64,000 nt of DNA, taken from positions 96,001-160,000 of the forward strand of contig CAWBWI010000006.1 in the NCBI GenBank assembly GCA_963792585.1, written 5' to 3'. Shown here in pieces: positions 21,308 to 30,594 of the stretch; position 1 is the stretch's first letter; each line of letters opens with the position of its first letter. The notes beneath the pieces were generated by a model, which was given only the letters and a program-made list of their open reading frames with translations, did no database searches and was not told the origin of the DNA. This DNA is from Candidatus Eiseniibacteriota bacterium. GTDB taxonomy: Bacteria > Eisenbacteria > RBG-16-71-46 > CAIMUX01 > VGJL01. The position numbers were made by a program, and so were the translations under genes.

Positions 21308-22270
21308 ATGTCGCCGCACCGCCCCGGTTGCGCTCTCATTCGAGCATTGGCCGCAGTGGCTTTCGGGCTGACCCTTGCGCCCGTGACTTACGGGTCTGCC
21401 CGCGCGGTTGACCCCGCCGCTTTCAACTCCCGTCTGCTAGCGCCCGACCCCGAGTGGCAGGCGATGTGCGGAGCCCGCTCCGTCACCGGGTTGGGGCCTG
21501 CCGCATCCCTTGGGAATCCCGCCGCCGTTGCCGCGCTCGATGGCGGCCGCGCGGCGTATACGCATCTTCAGTGGGCCGGCGGTTTGTCGCGAGAATGGGC
21601 GGGGGCGGGCTGGCCGATCCGCCATGGGGCTGCCCTCTCCCTGGACGCTGCGGTTCTGCACGGGCCCGAATTGCCCGGGTACGATCTTGACGGCACCGCC
21701 ACGGCCTCCTTCCAAGCCATGGAGTGGAATGCAGGCTTGCATACCGCGCTTCCGCTGGGGAAGGGATTGGCGGTCGGGTTCGGCGCACGTCTCTTCCGTC
21801 TCGAGGACCCCGCAGAGCCGCTCACAAGCGTTGGGTTCTCCCTTGGGTTGCAGGCGCGCGGCGTCAGCCGCACTGCTGGAATCGCGCTCACCGATGCCGG
21901 GGCACCGCCGCGGGGAGCACAAGGGAGCTACACGCTCCCGACCCGATGGCGCGCCGGCGTCGAGCAGGAGGCGGCCCAAGGTCGCTTGCTCGTCGCGGCT
22001 TCGGTAGACGGGGGGATCAAGAGCGCCGCCCGAGGTGCCCTCGGCGTCGTGGTCCGGCCGGTCGCCTCGATGGAACTGATGGGTGGCCTCCAGACTGGAT
22101 CCAACGTCGAAGGAGAGTCCCCCGTCAGTTGGGCGACTGGGGCCACGGTGAAGCTTGTTGGGGTCGCGGTCTCGTTCGCCTTTCGACAGGAAGGGACACT
22201 CGGAGCCACAAACATGATCGGGATCCGGCTGGACCCAGGCAGAAGCCGGTCGTCCAGAGCGTTGAAATGA
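21308..22270 (+). CDS. PorV/PorQ-like outer-membrane beta-barrel protein
   Basis: Signal peptide, GNPAAVA..YTHLQWAGG, LPTRWRAGV, alternating beta-strand pattern, C-terminal LGATNMIGIRL. Start uncertain. Confidence 0.65.
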   Translation: MSPHRPGCALIRALAAVAFGLTLAPVTYGSARAVDPAAFNSRLLAPDPEWQAMCGARSVTGLGPAASLGNPAAVAALDGGRAAYTHLQWAGGLSREWAGAGWPIRHGAALSLDAAVLHGPELPGYDLDGTATASFQAMEWNAGLHTALPLGKGLAVGFGARLFRLEDPAEPLTSVGFSLGLQARGVSRTAGIALTDAGAPPRGAQGSYTLPTRWRAGVEQEAAQGRLLVAASVDGGIKSAARGALGVVVRPVASMELMGGLQTGSNVEGESPVSWATGATVKLVGVAVSFAFRQEGTLGATNMIGIRLDPGRSRSSRALK

Positions 22271-22280
22271 CTACGCCCTG

Positions 22281-22311
22281 ATTGGGGCCAGCACCCGCCA
22301 TCGGCCCCAAT
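22281..22311. terminator. Hairpin between convergent genes
   Basis: ATTGGGGCC..GGCCCCAAT, 9-bp stem. Confidence 0.45.
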
Positions 22312-22395
22312 GGTCGAACCGTTTTCCTGTCTCAATTCCAATCAAAGACGTCTAAGGTCCGATGCTCTGCCCTCCTTCCGAAGAATTGCTCGCGG

Positions 22396-23589
22396 TTATG
22401 TGGATGAGGGCGGTTGACCTTGATGCCCTGCGCGTTTCTCCTCCAGGCTCGCCGCGATCCATTCCCGAAGCTGAGATGCCCTTGCCAGCCATGAGTTTGC
22501 TCGTGCGGCGCGGAGCCTCGCTTCTTTCAAGCACGGATCAGGTTCTGCCAGGGCCGCCGAGATCGCTGCGGCAAACCCCTTAGCGCCTTCACCAACGTAG
22601 ACGCCTATTCCTTCGTGCTTGGCCACTTCCGGTAGGGGAGTGCTCACGACCGGCAATCCCAAAGCAAAGTACTCGAGCAACTTCAAAGGATTCACTGCTT
22701 CGGTAAGCCGATTTACTCGAAACGGAATCAGTCCTACATCGAACTGGGCGGCACAAGCCGGGAGATCCTCATAGGGGATGGGTCCCAGTAAGGATACGTT
22801 CCCAAGCCGTTCTAGCTGCGACGTGGGTATCTGGGATGGTCCAATCAGGGCAAAATTCCATTCCGGATGCGACCCGGCCACCTCACCGATGAGATCTAGG
22901 TCTATCCAGGTGTTGATCAGGCCGAAGAACCCGATGATCGGCCTGGGGAGTTCGCGAAGTCTTTCATTAATGCTCCCACGGGCGCCAGCGAAGTGCTCGA
23001 AATCGACCCCATGTGGCAGGTAGCGAATCGACTTGGTGCCCGATTCGCAAGAAGTCAGCTTCTCTGCTGTCGCCACCACCAGGTCTACGTTCGCAATCAA
23101 CTCCTTCTCGGCCTGGCGAAGGTATTCTCGCCTCACTCCTGGGAACTCGGAGAAATCGTCTACTCTATAGTAGATACTCAGATCTTCGCCGATACGTCCT
23201 GTGATATGCGCTAAGAACGGCCAAGTCGTGATGAGGACCCGCTGGGCACCGACCGGTTTGGGTGCGTATCGGGCTAGGCTTCTTAGTATCAACTTCGTGT
23301 TCAAATGCCGTACGAGACCTAGGTGGTTGTAAGGGATCTGCACTGGATTCACGAGTACCATGTTCTCCGGAACTGGTTGGGCACCGCTTTCAACACTTTT
23401 CGTCCAGTCCGCAAGCTTCTGGAACACCCGTCGGACATCGTAGGCACTCAAGGATGGCGGCCGTACTCCGATCATCTGCACCCAAATCAGTCTCGTCTCC
23501 GGAAGGAAATGCTCCAGGATGTGTTTCGCGCTAAAAGGAAGGCCAAACCAGTCGTCAGAGAATACGACGATCTCCAGCTTCTCAGCCAT
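22396..23589 (-). CDS. Glycosyltransferase (GT-B, GT4-like / TuaH-like)
   Basis: VFSDDW, YYRVDDFSEFPG, LPHGVDFEHF, IGFFGLI, NPLKLLEYFALGLPVVST. Confidence 0.88.
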   Translation of the reverse strand: MAEKLEIVVFSDDWFGLPFSAKHILEHFLPETRLIWVQMIGVRPPSLSAYDVRRVFQKLADWTKSVESGAQPVPENMVLVNPVQIPYNHLGLVRHLNTKLILRSLARYAPKPVGAQRVLITTWPFLAHITGRIGEDLSIYYRVDDFSEFPGVRREYLRQAEKELIANVDLVVATAEKLTSCESGTKSIRYLPHGVDFEHFAGARGSINERLRELPRPIIGFFGLINTWIDLDLIGEVAGSHPEWNFALIGPSQIPTSQLERLGNVSLLGPIPYEDLPACAAQFDVGLIPFRVNRLTEAVNPLKLLEYFALGLPVVSTPLPEVAKHEGIGVYVGEGAKGFAAAISAALAEPDPCLKEARLRAARANSWLARASQLREWIAASLEEKRAGHQGQPPSST

Positions 23590-23610
23590 CGGGGTACCTC
23601 AGTGCCAACA

Positions 23611-24734
23611 TCATCGGCAGAGCACGCCCCGCATGTGTTCCACGATCCGAAAGGCTGCTCGACCGTCGCCGTACGGATTTCGCATGCTGTTCCAGCGAGA
23701 AGTGCCATGTCCCCCAAGGAGCGCCGCGACCTTCTCGTAGATGTGCATCGCGTCGGTTCCAACCAACTGTGCTGTACCAGTCTCTAACGCCTCCGGACGT
23801 TCGGTAACATCACGCATGACAAGAACCGGCTTCCCAAGCGAGGGCGCCTCCTCCTGGATTCCTCCGGAGTCAGTCAGAATAAGGGTCGAGAGGCTCATCA
23901 GCCTAACGAAGCTCTGGTAGTTCAATGGTTCGATGAGATGGATGTTTCCGGCTCCTCCCAAGAGGCTGTAGACTGGCTCTCTGACGTTTGGGTTAAAGGT
24001 GCACGGGATAGACGAACAATACACTGGGAAAGTCCCTCGCCAGATTGCGTACGGCTTCGCAGATGTTCCGGAAACCCTGACCGAAGCTTTCTCTTCTGTG
24101 CCCGGTAATCAGAACAACTTTCTCAGCCTTAGCGACAACTCGCTCCAGATCACCGAGATTGGGTGGGGCACGTTTGATTTTCTCCATTGTCAGGAGGAGA
24201 GCATCGACTACAGTGTTTCCCGTCACCACGATCCTCCTCTCCTCGATACCCTCTCGAAGAAGCGCCAGTTTGCACCTCTCCGTGGGAGCGAAGTGGTCAT
24301 CGGCAAATATCGATACGAGCCTCCGGTTCACCTCCTCCGGAAAGGGGGCCTGGTTATTGTACGTGCGCAGACCGGCCTCGACATGCCCAACCCGGCTTCC
24401 GCTGTAGAATGCCACCATGCTTCCGGTCATCGCCGTCGTGGTGTCCCCTTGGACGAGGGTCATATCTGGACGGAATTCGGAGATCGACTCCTTCCAGCTT
24501 CGATATCAGTTGCGCTGTGAGACTCGCCAGCGATTGCATCTCTCGCATAACTCCGAATTCGTAATCAATTCGCATTGGAAAGCACTCTAGGACGCTTGCA
24601 GCGAGCTCTCGGTGTTGTCCAGTAAAGCAAATGTGGGTCTCGAAGATGTCGTTCGCGCGCTCTAGCTCATAAACGACGGGGGCAAGCTTGATGATCTCCG
24701 GTCGGGTACCGATGACAATGAGTATTCTCTTCAT
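23611..24734 (-). CDS. wecB: UDP-N-acetylglucosamine 2-epimerase (non-hydrolysing), split by two frameshifts
   Basis: [11 protein letters not shown] / [33 protein letters not shown] / [29 protein letters not shown], across three frames (shifts near 24480 and 23995). Confidence 0.9.
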
Positions 24735-24852
24735 GCACAATTCTCCGAGTCAAATCCGCTTGAAAACTGATCCCCTTCCTGTGTTTGGTGGGGATGTCCA
24801 ATCAGCCACCACAGAAAAGAACCCATTCGGAAGGAGAAGCGAGCAGCCTATT

Positions 24853-25380
24853 GTGCCTCACCGTGTCAACAGCGCCCTTCGCCTGGGATTCGGCGAGGAG
24901 AGACTCTCCACCTACGCCGGTCTCGAACTCCTCAGCCGACACCCTCGGGATCCTGACTTTAACCATCGGTTCCGGGATGCCTTCCGTGAGATTCCCACAT
25001 AAGGGGATTTCCCGACAACCCCGCTTGTCCGCTTGGTGGTGGCGATGCTTTGGATGGGGGCCCGGCGGTTGCGGGACCAAGAGCCCGCTGGCGGCGAACT
25101 CCGCTCTTTGATCGCTTACGCTGACATGCGGGTCGTCTTGAAATCTCACGCGGCTTCGTTTCTGCGGTCCGACGGTCCTTGCCCAAGGAAGGGACCGTGA
25201 GTCGCTGACCGGGTCGGTTCAACCACAAGTCGATCGAGAAGAGGGTCTTCCATCGCATGGCGAAGAAACACCGGCTCGATCTTCTCTTGCCCAATGAGGG
25301 GATGTATGAGTACTCGGCGGTCACAACCAGTCTGGTTTTCGGCATCTTCAAGCTCTGGAGCTTCATGCTGGACGTGCAGA
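24853..25380 (+). pseudogene. Degenerate, internally deleted IS1380-family transposase remnant
   Basis: VNSALRLGFGEERLSTYAGLELL..IPT*GDFPTTPLVRLVVAMLWMGARRLR, then TVSR*PGRFN joined to RVFHRMAKKHRLDLLLPNEGMYEYSAVTT. Contains stops and shifts. Confidence 0.6.
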
Positions 25381-25416
25381 GCGCGTTCACATGAGAACCG
25401 CAAGGGAGCCAGAAGA

Positions 25417-25454
25417 GCGAACGCCTGAGGGGACCGGCCCTCTCAGGCGTTCGC
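25417..25454 (-). terminator. Rho-independent terminator of PEP-CTERM gene 1
   Basis: GCGAACGCCTGAGGGG..CCCTCTCAGGCGTTCGC long stem just after the stop codon. Confidence 0.7.
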
Positions 25455-25505
25455 AAGTCGATCTGGACGGGCCGTCGGCCAGTCCGGCCAGGAGAAGTTC
25501 AGGCG

Positions 25506-26231
25506 CTACGCCTGCTTTCTCTTCCTCCAACCCAGTGCCGCGGACAACAGAGCCCCACCAAGAAGCAGCATCGAACTGGGCTCGGGGACATCATTAATGA
25601 AGTCCTGATAGTGGTTGCCGGACTGATTATTGTCGTACCACTCGTATTGCGCGGAGGTCTGGCCGGAGGTGATATCTGCGAGGAACCCTGCGTAGGCCAC
25701 TGCGTCGATGTCACCACCGCTGTTGTACAGGAAGCGGTTCGTCCCGTAGGCAGCCTGCCAGATTGCCATCTGCAAAGCATGCTTCTTCTGTACGGTGTTG
25801 ACCAACGACCCGTACTTGTTCGCCAGGTAGGCGGCCTGCCCAAGACCCGCGGCAGACCGCAAATCGTCTCCGTCGCCCACCGGATTGACCCACGCAGCAG
25901 CACTGCTAGCGCCGTCTGCGTCTGTGTACCGCTCGGCATAGTAGGAATCAGTGGTGCCTGTGTAGTTGAAGAGATCCACGCACCACACGAGACCAAGGTT
26001 GATCACGCCGCCCCCGACGGGGTCCGGGTCGAAGCCGCCGAGCGCAATACCGTTGTTGGCGCCCCTCAGGCCAGCGTCCCAAACGCCATTGTTGGCAGTG
26101 GACCACTTGTAGTCGAATCCACTGATGTTGGACCAAGCAACATTGAAAGTGCCTGTCGTCATTGCCTGAGCCGGGGCAGTGATCCCGGCCAGTACGACGA
26201 CCAAGAAGACTGCGATCACCAACTTCTTCAT
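25506..26231 (-). CDS. PEP-CTERM sorting domain protein 1
   Basis: Signal peptide MKKLVIAVF..AQA. C-terminus VPEPSSMLLLGGALLSAALGWRKRKQA. Core WCVDL..ALQMAIW. Confidence 0.95.
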   Translation of the reverse strand: MKKLVIAVFLVVVLAGITAPAQAMTTGTFNVAWSNISGFDYKWSTANNGVWDAGLRGANNGIALGGFDPDPVGGGVINLGLVWCVDLFNYTGTTDSYYAERYTDADGASSAAAWVNPVGDGDDLRSAAGLGQAAYLANKYGSLVNTVQKKHALQMAIWQAAYGTNRFLYNSGGDIDAVAYAGFLADITSGQTSAQYEWYDNNQSGNHYQDFINDVPEPSSMLLLGGALLSAALGWRKRKQA

Positions 26232-26312
26232 ATGCCCTCCCGTATCTTACCCTCGAACTCGCGTCAGACTGCTGCCGAGCATGCAAGCTCCGCGTTGGTC
26301 AGTAGTGTCCCA

Positions 26313-26329
26313 AGCAACTGCCGTGCCAA
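26313..26329 (-). promoter_or_regulatory. sigma54 (-24/-12) promoter
   Basis: Minus strand TTGGCACGGCAGTTGCT matches TGGCAC-N5-TTGC exactly, about 80 bp upstream of PEP-CTERM gene 1. Confidence 0.88.
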
Positions 26330-26912
26330 TGTCTTCCATATGCTGGGAACGTCGACAACTTACTTCTTTCCAAGAGGTTAGACACTGAGTTGAGCGCCCC
26401 CGAGTCGCTCCGCTGGCGCAACCAGGCGCCAAGCGTAAAGCTGGGCGACACCCGCGCCTTCGGACGCTCGTCACCGACTCGATATCCCATTATAAATCAA
26501 TGAGATGAGATCTAAGTTAGGATCGTCGGAGGGGGCATCAGATTTCGGTAGATGTGACAGAGGCAGGAATGCGACACGCGAAGTTTTCTCAGATCCCCTC
26601 AGATCTCGTCCAGGCCTCAGATCCGGCATCCGGGCAAGCGCGCCGAATGACCCCCGCTCAAGAAACCCGCCCCGGCTCCTGTCTCGGGCGCCGCTGGACT
26701 GTCATGTTTGCCGACACTGTCACTTGGCATCTAACCAACGTCAAGACAAGATATTGCCAGGGCGCGAACTGGCCCGGCCGTTCGACCTGAGAGCTTGTCC
26801 CTACGGAACTGCTAATGCCCTTCCCCCTGTCGTCCTGAATCACGGCCAGGGGCGACATCTCTAACTTCTATTTATTCCAGTGAGTTAGCGGAGCTTCCGG
26901 CTCTGATACCCG

Positions 26913-26928
26913 TGGCATGAAGACTGCT
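26913..26928 (+). promoter_or_regulatory. sigma54 (-24/-12) promoter
   Basis: TGGCATGAAGACTGCT (GG-N10-GC), about 60 bp upstream of PEP-CTERM gene 2. Confidence 0.75.
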
Positions 26929-26987
26929 AAGCCCGGGCCTGGAAGGTGGAGGCCATGGGCATGTCTTGCGAGGGAGGTAGGAGCGGA

Positions 26988-27741
26988 ATGAGGGTTACCG
27001 CCGTAGCTCTTGCGCTGGTTTCGTTGCTTGGCTGTTCTGCCGTCGGTTTCCTCCGCTTACTCCAGCACGGTGTGGATGGACTACCTGGAAAATCAGAACC
27101 ACGTCTACGGGAGCTACAAGGTCAACAATATCGACTTCAACGGTTTCTACGCTGGACCCTGGAGCGCCTGGTACGACAACAACGGGGTCAAGGGGGCCTA
27201 CCGAGGCCTGCTGTTTTGCGTGGAGACGACCGTATCGGAACCGGGAGGGGGCAACCTTCACCTTCACCCGTACGACGCTTACGACACGGACAACTACGTC
27301 CCGCCGAATGGCAATGTCTTCGGGATGAAGTGGGCGGCCTATCTCCTGCACAACGTGACCCCCACGCTGGCGAGCAGCGAAAAGAATCGCGCCGCGCTGC
27401 AGCTAGCCATGTGGGAAGCCATCAACGATGGATCCAGCACCTATGCATTCAACCTACGGGACTTTGGCATCAACCGAGGCAAATTCTACGTCAAAGGCAA
27501 CCTCGGGTACTGGGGTGGTGTCGGGTTTGGCGGTGCCGGGTTTAGCTCCAACGACGTCTTCAACCAAGCCGCCTACTACCTGAGCACCTATCAAGGTCAG
27601 GGTCGCGCAAGGTGGTTGCATGATGGCCAGGATCAGATGGAGGACCTCAGGGATGTCCCCGAGCCCGGTTCCCTGATGCTCCTAGGTGGCGCCCTGCTTG
27701 GACCTGCTCTATTGGCGTTGAAGCGCAGGCGCTCCGCCTAG
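26988..27741 (+). CDS. PEP-CTERM sorting domain protein 2 (one indel in the signal peptide)
   Basis: C-terminus VPEPGSLMLLGGALLGPALLALKRRRSA. Core LFCVE..AALQLAMWE. Deleting one G near 27030 joins ATG 26988 to give the signal peptide MRVTAVALALVSLLAVLPSVSSA. Confidence 0.9.
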
Positions 27742-27764
27742 AGTTCGGCCTTTCTCCTGCCTCG

Positions 27765-27802
27765 TGCCCTCGGGAGCGTCTCGTCGCTCTCAGAGGGCAT
27801 TT
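27765..27802 (+). terminator. Hairpin terminator between PEP-CTERM gene 2 and citG
   Basis: TGCCCTCGGGAGCG..CGCTCTCAGAGGGCA followed by TTT. Confidence 0.6.
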
Positions 27803-28594
27803 CTACTGGCGTAACTCTCCGGCCGGAAGCACTTCACGCAGCGCGAACGTGACCGCCATGCAGTCGGCCACGCCGCCCATCGTGAGGTTCATCCGGCGGT
27901 AGTCGTCGTTCAACCCGGTGAGGTAGGCGCGCGGGTCTTTCCCGGCGTCGAGGATCGAAAGCGACGTGGCGCCATCGGCGCGCAGGGTCTCGAGCCCCTT
28001 GGGCCCGCGACGCCGCACCGCCGTCGTGTCGTCGAGGTGGATCATCAGGCGGGCCATGAGGTCGAAGGCGGCAATCGTCGGGTCCCCGGTCGCGCGCAGG
28101 CGCTCCGCATATCCGGGCAGGCCGATCTCGAAGACGGTCGGCAGCCCCGCAAGCGTCTCCGCACGGATCCCACCCCGCCCACTGTCGGGATGCACCCGCT
28201 CGAAGAAGCGGCGCGCGGTTCGCGCGATCTCCCCCCGCAACTCCGCTGCGCTCTTCGGCCTCGCGCACGCGGCCAGGAGCATTACCCCGCTCAGGAAGAT
28301 GTACCCTTTGTGCGCGTTCGTTCCGATCGCGGCGAGCATCCGCGCCTCGGCGGCGCGCCCGATCCGGATCGCGGCATCGAGGCTGCCGGGGTCGTCCCGG
28401 GCGAGCAGTTCTTCGAAGTAGATCGGCAGGAGATCGATCGAGCGGGTCATCCGCTCGTAACTCAGATCGGGGTGCGAGCCGTTGTCGCGCCGGTCGACGA
28501 GACCTGGCTTGGGCGTCAGGTCGAGTTCGCGGCGCGCCCCGGCGACCAGGGCGTCGGCGAGCCTACCCGGATCGAGCCCGCGCGATGAGCCCAC
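27803..28594 (-). CDS. citG: Triphosphoribosyl-dephospho-CoA synthase
   Basis: ELDLTPKPGLVDRRDNGSHPDL, TNAHKGYIFL, DDTTAVRRRG, NLTMGGVAD. Start approximate (GTG 28594). Confidence 0.88.
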   Translation of the reverse strand: MGSSRGLDPGRLADALVAGARRELDLTPKPGLVDRRDNGSHPDLSYERMTRSIDLLPIYFEELLARDDPGSLDAAIRIGRAAEARMLAAIGTNAHKGYIFLSGVMLLAACARPKSAAELRGEIARTARRFFERVHPDSGRGGIRAETLAGLPTVFEIGLPGYAERLRATGDPTIAAFDLMARLMIHLDDTTAVRRRGPKGLETLRADGATSLSILDAGKDPRAYLTGLNDDYRRMNLTMGGVADCMAVTFALREVLPAGELRQ

Positions 28595-29069
28595 GGACCG
28601 CTTCTTCGAGTTCCTCGGGCGTGTGCCGGCCGACGCGGATGCACTCGAGCGCCGGCTCGGCGCAGACGAGGCAGCGACGCGGGGCGAGCCCGAGCTTCTC
28701 CCGGCTGTAGGCTCTGCCCTTCGCATCGTAGACATCCACATCGAGCAGCCGCCCGCCGCGGACGGCGCCCTCGACGAGCACGGCGGCACGCTTGACCGCG
28801 GCCGGACTGTCGGGGCAGGCGATCCCCGCGTAGGGTCCCAGGCGGCCGCTGCCCTCATCGATCACCTCGCATCCGATGATCAGTTCGCTGAGCATCTCGA
28901 TCGCCCGCTCGACAAGATCCCCGAGTCCGGGTCGGTTCTTCTCCGCTCCCGGGATGTTGGTCGTCACGAAGGCGAGCGCCCCGGGGACCTGCGCCGCCAG
29001 GCCCCGGACGAGCAGCTCCTGCGCCTCGCGCGCGGCGAGGATCTCAGTCCTTGACACGTCGTACGACAT
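28563..29069 (-). CDS. citX: Apo-citrate lyase phosphoribosyl-dephospho-CoA transferase
   Basis: EILAAREAQ, TNIPGAEK, GRLLDVDVY, SREKLGLAPRRCLVC..CIRVGRH. Confidence 0.9.
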   Translation of the reverse strand: MSYDVSRTEILAAREAQELLVRGLAAQVPGALAFVTTNIPGAEKNRPGLGDLVERAIEMLSELIIGCEVIDEGSGRLGPYAGIACPDSPAAVKRAAVLVEGAVRGGRLLDVDVYDAKGRAYSREKLGLAPRRCLVCAEPALECIRVGRHTPEELEEAVRGLIARARSG

Positions 29070-30594
29070 CGATGATCGATCCGTCCCGGTACTCGATCAG
29101 CGCGACGACATCGTCGGTGAACTCGACCGGCCGCGGCTGGCCGGTGAGCGCGCTGATCTCCTCATGGAGCTCGCGGATATCCTTCAGCGGCAGCCGTCGC
29201 TGCGACGAGCTCCTTCTTGAGCGTCCTCGTGCCGGTCGGCGACGGCGATGCCCCGCTCGGTCACGACGACGTCGACCGTCTCGCCCGGGGTGGTGATCGT
29301 CGTCACCTCATCGCGGACGATCGGCAGCCGCCCGCGGATCGACGGGGCGACGACGATCGCGAGCTTGGCGCCGGCGGCGGTGTCGGAGTGGCCGCCGGTG
29401 TTGTGCAGGAGGTAGCCGTTCGACTCGGTGTTGACGTTGACGTTGAAGTTCACGTCGACTTCGGTGGCGCCGAGGATCACGCACGTCGAGCATGTTGACG
29501 ACCGAGCCGCGGTTGAACGGGTTCGCGTAGAGGTCGGCGCTGATCTCGCGGTGGCGGAGGTTTCGCCCGATCGACTCGACGGCGCGCAGGTCGAAGCACT
29601 GCACGTCGAAGAGGGTCTGGAAGTAGCCTTCCTCGAGCATGTCGACGAAGTAGCCGGTGATCCCGCCGCAGCCGAAGCTGCCGTGGATCCTCTGCTCCAG
29701 CATCTTGCGCTTCACGGCATCGGCGACGGCGAGCGATGTCCCGCCCGCGCCGGTCTGGAACGAGAAGCCGTCCTTGAGCAGCCCCGAGGCCTCGATCACC
29801 TCGGCGGCGTAGCGCGCGATCAGGAGTCCCGCCGGGTCGCGCGTGACGCGCGTCGTTGTGGAGACGATCTTCTTCGGGTCGCCGAGCGAGTCGATGGTGA
29901 CGACATAGTCCACGTCGCTCTGCGAGATGCTGACGGGCGCCGCGGGATACGGCACGAGGTTGTCGGTGACGGCGACGACCTTGCGCGCGTAGCGGGCGTC
30001 GGTGAAGGCGTAGCCCAGGCTGCCGCAGGCCGACGGGGCCGCTGACGCCGTTCAGGTTGCCGGTTTCGTCGCAACAGGGGGCGGCGATGAAGGCGACGTC
30101 GACCGGCACCTCGCTCGGTCACGAGCGCCCGGGCGCGCCCGCCGTGGCTGCGCACGACGATCGGGCAGTCGAGCTCGCCCTTGCTCACCAGCTCGCCGAT
30201 CAGGCCGTTGACGCCCGTCTCGCAGCTGGGTCACGACGCCCTTTCGGATCTGCGGGATGATCTCGGCGTGGACCTGGTGGACCGAGCTCGAGGCGATCGT
30301 GATGTCCTTGATCCCCATCGCGTCGATCTCCTGGACGAGCAGGTTCAGGAGCAGGTCGCCGTTGCGGAGGTGGTGGTGGGTCGCGATGGTCATCCCGTCG
30401 CGCAGGCCGCGACTTCTCGATCGCGGCGCGCAGCGATCGGGAGAACCTTGCTCTCCCCCGGGTTGCGCCGCACGAGCGGCCGCGTCGCCGCGATCGACGT
30501 CGGGCATGCAGCGACCAGGGATCCTTGTACGGGATCGTAGCTTCTGGCCGTGCCAGACGTCGGGGATCTCGCGCCCCAGGCTATTCCTCGCCAT
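29044..30594 (-). CDS. citF: Citrate lyase alpha chain (citrate:acetyl-ACP transferase), multiple frameshifts
   Basis: Fragments MARNSLGREIP, GLRDGMTIATHHHLRNGD, RSHGGRARA, SFQTGAGGTSLA, ILGATEVDVNFNVNV, TTPGETVDVVVTERGIAV, EYRDGSIIDVVRRV*. Confidence 0.88.

Noticed and set aside
27803..29069. CitX-CitG fusion or programmed frameshift
   Set aside because: A short overlap with a plausible GTG start explains the layout, and no slippery sequence is evident. An assembly indel cannot be fully excluded.
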